Part shown: in pieces, positions 18,514 to 27,076 of the stretch
How positions within the stretch are numbered: the first letter of the stretch is position 1
How the letters are laid out: every line of letters begins with the position of its first letter
Assembly (NCBI GenBank): GCA_965649055.1
Contig: CBFGJG010000001.1
Coordinates: 1-54,123 of the forward strand
DNA length: 54,123 nucleotides
Reading direction: 5' to 3'
DNA from: a candidate division WOR-3 bacterium
GTDB taxonomy: Bacteria > Hydrothermota > UBA3072 > B12-G15
Notes under the pieces: model-generated
What the model was told of the DNA's origin: nothing
The model's input: only the letters and a program-made list of their open reading frames with translations
The model's database searches: none
Position numbers and translations under genes: made by a program

Positions 18514-21500
18514 ATGGTTGCCGATTTTAAAAATTTAATAAAATTTTCTGAGGGGAAAACTTCGATTATTTATTATTCAAACGATAATCCTGAAATATTA
18601 TACAAAACAGGAGCTATTGAATATAAAGGAATCCTGAAAAGCCAGTATCATATTTTAAAAGATTTAAATTCAAAATTTTACCCTATAGTGTATGATTGGT
18701 TTGAAGATGATAAACATTGTGGATACACGATTGAAAGGATCAGGTATCCTGATATCAATAAATGGGCTATGAATGTTAATGAGAGTGAAAGATTAAAATT
18801 AATAAAAATAGTTTTGATAAACATACTCGAAGGATTGAATATATTGCATAAAAAAGGAATAGTTCATGGTGATTTGAAGCCTTCTCATATATTTGTCGGA
18901 GATGATCTGAATATTAAGATTATTGACCCTTCTATTGACAATGAACTTATAACACCTGAATATGCGGCTCCGGAAGTTTTTTCAGGGGAGATTGATTTTT
19001 CATCAGACATTTACTCATTAGGCTTGATATTCTATGAGGTATTAACTTCTGATTATTCATTTAAAGATATAAGGGAAAGAAATAAAAGAAAAATTACACT
19101 AAAGAATTACCTTGTCCCAAAAGAGATTAAAAATGTTATAAATAAGATGGTTGAATCTGATAGAAATAAAAGATATAAGGATATTGATAGTATCATTTCG
19201 GATTTGCTTAATCTTTCAATGACGATTGAACCCAAGTTTATAAATCATTTTGTCGGTCGCCAGAAAGAAATAGATTTCTTTAAAAATGTATTATCGGAAG
19301 AAGAAAACTTTTTATTCTTCGTTTCTGGTCCACGTGGAATAGGAAAAACCACATTAATGAAAAGGCTTGATGTTATCGCAAAAGAAATGGGCTTCCATAC
19401 AGGATTTATAAATGATATAGATGAAATTGATTTAAAAGATTCTAAAATTATTTTCATAGATGAGGTAAACATAGATGATATAAAGGAATATCTAAAAATA
19501 AAGTCAGACTGCCTGAAACTGAACAGGGTATCCCTTGTTATTTCTTCTCTGGAAGAATTGAAGATTTCGTCAGAAATAAAAGCCTACTATTTCAATCTTC
19601 AGCCATTATCAACAGAAGAAATAAAAAGTATTATAAGTTATAGCTTTAAGGACATATCAGGACTCCATGAAATTTCAGAATTTATCTTGAATATGAGTGG
19701 CGGAATACCTTTTTATACGAATTCCATATTAAATTTTCTATGTGATAACAAGTATATTTATTTTGAAAATAATTCCTGGAATGCTATTATTCCATACGAG
19801 TTAAGATATGACATAATTTCCGACCTGAGAAGGACATTTGAAGAAGAAGCAATTTACCTTTTAAAGTGCCTTTCTTGTTTTGAAGATTATATGCCTTATA
19901 ATATTGTTGAGTTAATTTCGAAAGATTATATTGTTATTTTAAAAAAATTAGTTAGTTTTAATTATATCTATATCTCAAAGAATAAAATAAGGTTCAGGTC
20001 TGGATTAATTAAAGAAGAGATAATTCGTATAACAGAAGAAGAAATCAAAAAATTGGTTTCAGATACAGTTTTGAAAAATAAAGAATTATTACCACCCGAA
20101 ATTGTCTTTGACTTCGCTATGAAAAATTATGATTATAATACTGCAAGAAAAACTTTATTAATTATGATAAAAAGAAACATAATGAATGAAAAGTTATCAA
20201 TCATAAAAAAGATAAAGAATTATCTTTCAGTAAAAGATGATCTTGTTCTAAAGATATTACTTGGATTTTTACAGGAAAGAACAGGTATAAATCAGGATGC
20301 AATAAAAACCTATCAGGAAATTATTAAAAATCTCGTAAAAAATGATTATTTTATTTTCAGGATAGGTGTGAACAAAAGGAAAATCGGTGATTTGAAGGAT
20401 GCAAGAGCTATATTTGAAGAACTCTTAATTAAAGATGCCCCATTTAAACAGCGTTTAATGTATGAATATGGAAGGATATTGATTTCTGAAAAAAGATACA
20501 ATGATGTCCTTTCGATTATAAACAATCTAAGTGGAAAAATACCTGAAATAAGATTTCTTGAAGCAATAATATACTTTGAAAAAAATGAATACAAAAAATC
20601 TCTTGAAATACTTGATGAATTTCTCTCTGAAATAATAGATGAAAGTTTAGAGGGAGCAATATATTCTTTAAAAGGTAATATCTATCACAAACTTAAGGAT
20701 TATCAAACCGCTATAAAAGAATATGAAAAGGGACTGGAAATATATAAAAAATTACAGGATAGGATGAATGAAGCAATAAACAGATTTAATCTTGGAAATG
20801 TATATATGTGTATTGACAGTTACGATAGGGCAATTGAAGAGATAGAGAAGGCATATTTAATAGTTAAAGGTTCAAACAATAAACAACTTGAAAAGAAATA
20901 TATCCTTTTACTTTCAACACTTTATTTAAGAAAAGGTAATCTTAAATATGCAATGGATATTCTGAATAAATTTTGCGAAAAGTATAACTTCAAGGATATA
21001 GATATAATAAAAAAGGAGTTTTATCTATCTCTTTTTACTGGAAATTTCTTAAATGCTGAAAGTTTAATAAATGAAATAACAGATGAAGAAAGGAATGCTT
21101 TAAAAGGTTATCTTTCGTTCTTCAAATGTGAATTTGACAAGGCAATCGAATGTTTTAATAATGTGATTCGCAAGAAAGATGACAGAGAAATATTGATGAT
21201 GTTATCATTATGTTATTTTTTCAATGATAGATTTACAAAAAGTAAAAATATTGTAGATAAAATAAAGAAAGAAGAAACAGGTTCTTTATTTGAAAAGGCT
21301 CAATTTTATATGATTTATGGATTATACGAAAGAGATTATCTGAAAAAGGCAAAGGAGTTATTGAAAGAGATAGGTGCTTATATAATTCTCGGTGAATGTG
21401 AAATGCTTGAAGGTTATTTGCTGATAAAAGAGAATAAAATAAAAGAAGGATTTGAACTAATCCTTAAATCACAGGAAACATTTAGAAAGAATTATGCTTA

Positions 21501-23013
21501 TGGATATCTTTACTGGTCTATTTCAATAACAAACTCATTAATAAAAACCCTGAATAAGAATAATCTTTATAATGAAATAGTCAGGATGTTAGAAAATCTG
21601 TTATCTTTGATTGACAAAAACGACCTTTATGGGTTCATAGAGATAATAAAGAACTTTTTCGGTGCTGAACGTGGTGCAATTATTTTAAAAAAAGATAGAG
21701 TTTATGGGAAAGATATGGACGAAATTACTTTAAATGATTTGAATGAAATTTCAAAAAGCGCTATAAAACTTGCTGAAAAAGGTGAGATTTTACTATCCTA
21801 TAACGCCGGTGAAGACGAAAGATTTATGGATAAAAGGTCTGTTTTCCTGAATAAGATAAAATCAATACTATGTGTTCCCATATTTTCTCGTGATAAGATA
21901 AAAGGAATACTTTATCTTGATTCAACAATAAATAAAAACCTTTTCACGGAAGAAGACAAAGACTTCCTTTTAACCATTGGAAGGTTTCTTGGAATCTTAC
22001 TTGATAAAGGTGAAGTTTATTTAAATCTTAAAGATAAGGTTGAAAAGTTTGACAGATTTATGAGCACAGACTTTTCATTCTATGGTATGGTTGGTATTTC
22101 AAGGAGTATGAAAAATATCTTTGAAAAAGTGAGGGAAATAGCACAATTGGAAATGAATGTCCTTATAACAGGTGAAACAGGAACTGGTAAAAATATGCTT
22201 GCAGAGATAATACATAAATTGAGTAAAAGAAAAAATGAAAAATTTGTAGTCGTAGAATGCACAACAATACCACATGAACTTTTTGAAAGTGAACTTTTTG
22301 GTCATATTAAAGGTTCTTTCACCGGTGCAACATCGGATAAGATCGGTCTTTGTGAAACCGCTAACAGAGGAACACTATTTCTTGACGAGATAGGAGATAT
22401 ACCTTTGAATATTCAATCCAAACTATTAAGGCTTATAGAACAGGGTGAGATAAGAAGTGTTGGTGATGTAAAATGGAAGAAGGTTGACACAAGGATAATA
22501 TGCGCAACAAATAAGGAACTTGAAAGCGCTGTCACATTCAAAGAATTCCGGGCAGACCTGTATTACAGGTTGAAACAGGTAGAGATACACATACCACCCT
22601 TGAGGGAAAGGATAGAAGATATCCCATTAATTATAGAAGAAAGAATAAAGATAATAAATGAAAAATTCGGCAAGAAAATTAAAGGTGTAAAAGAAGATTG
22701 TTTAAAACTCCTGTCAGAATACCCATTCCCTGGAAATGTAAGGGAATTGATAAACATCATTGATTCTATATGCGCTATAAAAAGAGCCGGTTATATCGAA
22801 ATAGAAGATATTATAGATAGACCCGAGTTGAACATATATATAAAAAATGGATTGGACATAAAAAAACAAAATATAGAAAAAAGGATAAAAATAATAATTA
22901 ATACATTACAAAAAACAGGGTGGAATTACAAGAAAACAGCAGAAATAATAAACATATCAGAAAGACACCTCTTCAGACTATTAAAAAAATATAATATCAA
23001 AAAACAAAAATAA
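18514..23013 (+). CDS. Multidomain sigma54-dependent activator: Ser/Thr (pseudo)kinase + P-loop ATPase + TPR + GAF + AAA+ sigma54 domain + Fis HTH
   Basis: HGDLKPSHI, YAAPE, SDIYSLG; FVGRQKE, GPRGIGKT, IFIDE; TPR array; SILCVP...LYLDS (GAF); GETGTGK, ESELFGH.KGSFTGA, LFLDEIG, FRADLYYRL, PGNVREL; C-terminal HTH. Confidence 0.92.
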   Translation: MVADFKNLIKFSEGKTSIIYYSNDNPEILYKTGAIEYKGILKSQYHILKDLNSKFYPIVYDWFEDDKHCGYTIERIRYPDINKWAMNVNESERLKLIKIVLINILEGLNILHKKGIVHGDLKPSHIFVGDDLNIKIIDPSIDNELITPEYAAPEVFSGEIDFSSDIYSLGLIFYEVLTSDYSFKDIRERNKRKITLKNYLVPKEIKNVINKMVESDRNKRYKDIDSIISDLLNLSMTIEPKFINHFVGRQKEIDFFKNVLSEEENFLFFVSGPRGIGKTTLMKRLDVIAKEMGFHTGFINDIDEIDLKDSKIIFIDEVNIDDIKEYLKIKSDCLKLNRVSLVISSLEELKISSEIKAYYFNLQPLSTEEIKSIISYSFKDISGLHEISEFILNMSGGIPFYTNSILNFLCDNKYIYFENNSWNAIIPYELRYDIISDLRRTFEEEAIYLLKCLSCFEDYMPYNIVELISKDYIVILKKLVSFNYIYISKNKIRFRSGLIKEEIIRITEEEIKKLVSDTVLKNKELLPPEIVFDFAMKNYDYNTARKTLLIMIKRNIMNEKLSIIKKIKNYLSVKDDLVLKILLGFLQERTGINQDAIKTYQEIIKNLVKNDYFIFRIGVNKRKIGDLKDARAIFEELLIKDAPFKQRLMYEYGRILISEKRYNDVLSIINNLSGKIPEIRFLEAIIYFEKNEYKKSLEILDEFLSEIIDESLEGAIYSLKGNIYHKLKDYQTAIKEYEKGLEIYKKLQDRMNEAINRFNLGNVYMCIDSYDRAIEEIEKAYLIVKGSNNKQLEKKYILLLSTLYLRKGNLKYAMDILNKFCEKYNFKDIDIIKKEFYLSLFTGNFLNAESLINEITDEERNALKGYLSFFKCEFDKAIECFNNVIRKKDDREILMMLSLCYFFNDRFTKSKNIVDKIKKEETGSLFEKAQFYMIYGLYERDYLKKAKELLKEIGAYIILGECEMLEGYLLIKENKIKEGFELILKSQETFRKNYAYGYLYWSISITNSLIKTLNKNNLYNEIVRMLENLLSLIDKNDLYGFIEIIKNFFGAERGAIILKKDRVYGKDMDEITLNDLNEISKSAIKLAEKGEILLSYNAGEDERFMDKRSVFLNKIKSILCVPIFSRDKIKGILYLDSTINKNLFTEEDKDFLLTIGRFLGILLDKGEVYLNLKDKVEKFDRFMSTDFSFYGMVGISRSMKNIFEKVREIAQLEMNVLITGETGTGKNMLAEIIHKLSKRKNEKFVVVECTTIPHELFESELFGHIKGSFTGATSDKIGLCETANRGTLFLDEIGDIPLNIQSKLLRLIEQGEIRSVGDVKWKKVDTRIICATNKELESAVTFKEFRADLYYRLKQVEIHIPPLRERIEDIPLIIEERIKIINEKFGKKIKGVKEDCLKLLSEYPFPGNVRELINIIDSICAIKRAGYIEIEDIIDRPELNIYIKNGLDIKKQNIEKRIKIIINTLQKTGWNYKKTAEIINISERHLFRLLKKYNIKKQK

Positions 23014-23015
23014 AA

Positions 23016-23105
23016 ATGTCAGTATGTCAGTAAATGTCATTTTTATAATATACTCAAAATGAATTTTTTATCTAAAAATGTCAGTAATGTCATATGAATG
23101 TCAGT
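23016..23105 (+). repeat. Six ATGTCA(GT) direct repeats in two clusters of three; candidate enhancer (UAS)
   Basis: ATGTCA at 23016, 23024, 23034, 23078, 23087 and 23098. Both clusters begin TAAAAATGTCAGTA, 62 nt apart. Confidence 0.75.
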
Positions 23106-23142
23106 GATTTTTGAAAGGTTGTATTCTTTAATATTCCTTAAT

Positions 23143-23155
23143 AATCAATAACTTA
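23143..23155 (+). promoter_or_regulatory. IHF binding consensus
   Basis: AATCAATAACTTA matches WATCAANNNNTTR exactly and lies between the repeats and the putative promoter. Confidence 0.6.
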
Positions 23156-23161
23156 GAAATC

Positions 23162-23177
23162 GGGAACGATTTTTTTA
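23162..23177 (+). promoter_or_regulatory. Candidate degenerate sigma54 -24/-12 promoter
   Basis: GGGAACGATTTTTTTA versus consensus TGGCACGRNNNTTGCW. The -24 element is good; the -12 GC is replaced by TT. Confidence 0.35.
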
Positions 23178-23201
23178 TTGTATTATTAAAAAGGAGGAAT
23201 T

Positions 23202-23381
23202 ATGTGGTTTTTATATGTTTTTGTATTGTTTTTTAATATGTTGTTTCCGAGTAAGTTTATTGGGAAGCATGTTATTAGGAATGACATAGAAAGTGGATAC
23301 ATATGTGGTGGACCCGGTGATGTTACTACGAATGAAGGAGGACCCTATGATGAAGACCCTGAATTACCGGAACTTCCTTAA
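23202..23381 (+). CDS. 59-aa secreted-type peptide (absent from the ORF track)
   Basis: AAGGAGG RBS 4 nt before the ATG. Translation: MWFLYVFVLFFNMLFPSKFIGKHVIRNDIESGYICGGPGDVTTNEGGPYDEDPELPELP*. Confidence 0.75.
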   Translation: MWFLYVFVLFFNMLFPSKFIGKHVIRNDIESGYICGGPGDVTTNEGGPYDEDPELPELP

Positions 23382-23553
23382 AAAAGTCCGTCTTATAAAG
23401 GTTGAATTATTTGATGGCAGGGTGTTCTTTGCCGAGATGATTGACAGAAATTGTATGGGATATGAATTTAAACTGATAGATAAAACACCACCTGAATACA
23501 TTATAATAAATGAAGATGCAATAAAATCCCTTGAGGACCTCGGCTTTGTATAA
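23347..23553 (+). CDS. 68-aa small protein, Sm/Hfq-like fold candidate
   Basis: AAGGAGG at 23335-41 precedes ATG 23347. IKVELFDGRVFFAEMID resembles Sm1 and YIIINEDAIKSLE resembles Sm2. Confidence 0.55.
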   Translation: MMKTLNYRNFLKKVRLIKVELFDGRVFFAEMIDRNCMGYEFKLIDKTPPEYIIINEDAIKSLEDLGFV

Positions 23554-23568
23554 ACTCCCTTTTTGGTT

Positions 23569-23590
23569 GTGGGGCAGGAAACTGCCCCAC
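23569..23590 (+). terminator. Intrinsic terminator-like hairpin closing the peptide operon
   Basis: GTGGGGCAG-GAAA-CTGCCCCAC, a 9-bp stem with a GNRA loop, followed by TTATT. Confidence 0.75.
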
Positions 23591-23644
23591 TTATTACTTA
23601 AAATAAAACTTGACTGGAATAATTTTTTATATATGATTAATTTA

Positions 23645-25069
23645 ATGGAAGTAAAAGATAAAAAAGATAGTTCATTGTTAATAGACATAATTTTAAAAAG
23701 TATCCCAAAACATGGTATTAATGAAAAATTTTCCCTTTTGTTTAATATCTTGAATTTTAAAAGATGTATAGTTATTATTCACTCGGTTATAGATGATAAA
23801 ATAGATACATTTTATTTTTCAAAACACGGTGAAGAAAAATGGCTTGATTTAAGTCCGCAGGATTTAAAAGAGATTCTAAGGTTTAAAAATGTTTTCGTTA
23901 AGAAATCCACCCTTCCAATCCTTCCTTTTGATTATACTTATATATATAATAATGTTGTTGAAAACGACAAAGAAATCATTATAATTTGTGAATGTGATGA
24001 ACGTGAAAAAGGATACGATGATGATATTAAAATCCTTGAATTTTTCTCAACATGCTACTCATCTATTCTGAAAAAGTTAAGGCTTGAATTAACAGAGCAA
24101 TCACATAAAAGTATTATTGATTCTATAAGGGAGGGAATCGTTGCAATAAGGGATGGGATTGTACTTATGAAAAACAAATTGGGTGAAGAAATTATTAGCA
24201 ATTTTCCGGAAATATTGCATGAAAATTTTTATGGTGAAAGGATATTAAATTTGTTCGTTAAAGATGAACTGAGAAGCATACACTATGAAAGAAAAAGAGT
24301 AAATGACGTTGATATCTTGATATTTGAAGATATAACAGAAAAGTCAAAAATGATGAATTCCGTAATAAAGATGAAAAATTTTCATATACTCGGTGAACTT
24401 ACAGCGGGTGTTGCTCATGAGATAAATAACCCGTTACAGATTATCCTTGGTCTTTCTCAACTTATTGATATCTCAGGTAAAAACCTCGATGATGAGACCA
24501 AAAAATATATAGATATGATTAAAGATTCATCAATAAGGATAAAAAAGGTTGTAGAGTTCCTATCTTCATATATGGAACACACAAAATTAATAAAGGAAGA
24601 CAGATTGTTCAGGATTTCAAAATCTATAAAGTCTGCTTATGATGCTGTATTCAACCTTGAGAATATGCTCGGGATTAATCTCTCATACAATATAATTGAT
24701 GATTTTGTTGTGAATGGTGATTTACACAAGGTTGTGATAGCGATTGAGAATTTAATTTTAAATAGTTTTGATGCAATAAAAGCAAAAGGCGGTGAAGGTC
24801 ATATATTAATAAGAAGTTTTATTGAAAAAAACAAAGGAATCGTTGAGGTTGAAGATGATGGAATAGGGATAAAAGAAGAAGTGATACCGAAGATTTTTGA
24901 TACATTTTTCACCACAAAGAAAAATGGAACTGGATTGGGTCTTGGAATAGTTAGAAGAGTGATGCTTATGCATAAAGGTGATGTTAAACTTTTAAAAACT
25001 GGTGGAGGGAAGACCATATTCAGATTAACTTTCCCTATAGAATATGAAGAAAAAAGTGTTAATAATTGA
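23645..25069 (+). CDS. Cytoplasmic sensor histidine kinase (NtrB-like)
   Basis: H-box GVAHEINNPL, NLILNS, EDDGIGI, IFDTFFTTK, GTGLGL. Start moved to ATG 23645, 7 nt after TTGACT-N16-TATGAT. Confidence 0.9.
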   Translation: MEVKDKKDSSLLIDIILKSIPKHGINEKFSLLFNILNFKRCIVIIHSVIDDKIDTFYFSKHGEEKWLDLSPQDLKEILRFKNVFVKKSTLPILPFDYTYIYNNVVENDKEIIIICECDEREKGYDDDIKILEFFSTCYSSILKKLRLELTEQSHKSIIDSIREGIVAIRDGIVLMKNKLGEEIISNFPEILHENFYGERILNLFVKDELRSIHYERKRVNDVDILIFEDITEKSKMMNSVIKMKNFHILGELTAGVAHEINNPLQIILGLSQLIDISGKNLDDETKKYIDMIKDSSIRIKKVVEFLSSYMEHTKLIKEDRLFRISKSIKSAYDAVFNLENMLGINLSYNIIDDFVVNGDLHKVVIAIENLILNSFDAIKAKGGEGHILIRSFIEKNKGIVEVEDDGIGIKEEVIPKIFDTFFTTKKNGTGLGLGIVRRVMLMHKGDVKLLKTGGGKTIFRLTFPIEYEEKSVNN

Positions 25070-25394
25070 TGATGAAGAAATAATATGCCATTTTTTAAAT
25101 AAACTTCTAAATATGCTTGGATGTGAAGTTATTATTGCAAATGACGGGGAAAAGGCAATTGAGATATTAAAAAAAGAAAGGTTTGATATTATATTCCTTG
25201 ATGTAAGGATTCCAAAGATTGGTGGATACGAGATATTCAATACACTTGATGAAGATTTAAAAAAGAAGGTTGTCATTTTCTCAGGTGATGTATTAAGCCC
25301 TGAACTTTATCAATTTATTAGCGATAATAACATTAAACTTCTTAAAAAACCAGCAACATTTGACGAGATAAAAGAAATAGTAGAGAAATTTTAG
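25044..25394 (+). CDS. Single-domain response regulator (receiver)
   Basis: VLIIDDE, IFLDVRIP..GG, SG, KP. Confidence 0.92.
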   Translation: MKKKVLIIDDEEIICHFLNKLLNMLGCEVIIANDGEKAIEILKKERFDIIFLDVRIPKIGGYEIFNTLDEDLKKKVVIFSGDVLSPELYQFISDNNIKLLKKPATFDEIKEIVEKF

Positions 25395-26880
25395 ATTATT
25401 CTTATCAAGTGTCTTTCTTATTTTTGAAACAAGTTCCTTTATAGAGAAAGGTTTCTGAATAATAGATAGATTTTCTTCAAATATGAAATTTCTGTTTATA
25501 TAATTTTTAGTGTATCCACTTATAAATAGAACAGGAATATTCATATTTCTTTCCTTTAATTCTTCATAAAGCTGTTTTCCGTTCATCTTGGGGAGTATCA
25601 AATCAGTAACAAGCAAAATCTATTTTAATTTCTGATTTAATAATAAGATTAAGAGCTTCCTCACAATTATCAATTGTAATAACACTATACCCATAGTATG
25701 ATAAACCATTCTTCAGTATCTCCCTATAATTTTTATCATCCTCAACAATCAATATGGTTTCATTACCTTCTATATCAGATGTTTTTTCATATTCTCCAGG
25801 TTCTTCAACAATTTTATCTGTTGATGGTATATAAATCTTGAAGGTTGTCCCTTTCCCTATTTCGCTGTACACATTTATAAAACCTTTATGTTGATGAACA
25901 ATACCATGGACAATAGAAAGGCCAAGACCTGTTCCGTCCTTCTTGGTCGTAAAAAATGGGTCAAATACCTTGCTTAAATCCTCTTTCTTTATACCATATC
26001 CAGTATCTGTAACAGATATCATACAATAATCACCCAATTCACCTTCTGGATGTTTTGAAAAATAATCTTTTCCAAGTTTTACCTGTTCTGTTTCAATAAT
26101 AAGTGTTCCACCATCGGGCATCGCATCCTTTGCATTTGAACAAAGATTTATGATACACTGCTCAATTCCAGAAGGGTCCGCTTCAACATAATATTTCAGT
26201 TTATTATCAGGATAGAACTCTATGTTTATTTTATTTCCGAGAACCCTTGACAGTAACTTCAGTGTTTCATTAATTAACTTATTTATATCAACATTTATTT
26301 TATTCACCTCTTTCTTTCTTGCGAATTGGAAAAGGCTATTTAATATGTTTGCGCATCTTTCACACAATTTTACTATATTTAAAATTTCTTCTTTTGGGTT
26401 TCCTCCCATATCCATCTCTTTCAATGCTATTTCTGCAAATCCCATTATACCACCAATTATATTATTCACATCATGACACATCCCTGATGCAAGCAGACCC
26501 AATGCTTCGAGTTTCTGGACATCCTTTAGTTTTTTCAATAATTCACCATTAATCTCCCTTTTTTCCTCCTGTAATGTTATATCCTTCAATTGAACAATTG
26601 AATATTCTTTATCTTCAAATGAAAATGGGATAACGGTTAAAAGCATCTTTCTTTTACCATATTTTGGAATATCTAATTCTATATAATGATTCTCAATCTC
26701 ATCATAAATTAAACTATTCAAAGATTCAATATCAAGGGATTCTAAGTTCTTAGCTTCTTCAAAAAAATCAAAGAAATTTTTATTAGCATAAATAATATTA
26801 TTTCCTTCATCTTTCTCCACCACAAATACAATCTCAGGTAGATTGGAGAATATCTCTTTTAAGAACGATAGATTATCCAT
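25293..26880 (-). pseudogene. Hybrid PAS-histidine kinase-receiver (CckA-like) with a frameshift in the receiver domain
   Basis: GMCHDVNN, NLCSNAKDAM, DTGYG, GTGLGLS and ILIVEDD lie in one frame. The receiver continues as LVTDLILPKMNG...SGY...KPF in another frame. Removing one T from the run at 25615-25618 restores IDLLVTD. Confidence 0.8.
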
Positions 26881-27076
26881 TTATGGAATATATGCAAAAA
26901 CAGATAAAAGTCAATAGATTAATCAGGGTCAGTCATAAACTTTCAACTTTGGATTTTACAATCTAAGATTCAGATTTTGTTATAAAAATTCTGTATAAAG
27001 ATTATATGTTAATCCGGTGTTTTAGAATCTTTAAAGTATTATTGACAATTTTTATTTAATTTATTATAAATCTTAT

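Noticed and set aside
23376..23386. CCT-TAA-AAAAG as a possible +1 frameshift fusing the peptide to the Sm-like ORF
   Set aside because: Re-pairing from CCU to CUU is poor, the AAAAAAG is not in slippery phase, and the second ORF has its own strong RBS. Not fully excluded.
23531..23644. N-terminal extension of the histidine kinase in the ORF track
   Set aside because: It spans the terminator hairpin and the promoter; the real start is more likely 23645.
26925..27035. Intergenic stretch with short AATCT/AGATT inverted repeats as a possible ncRNA
   Set aside because: Stems are short and AT-rich, with no recognisable RNA family or terminator.
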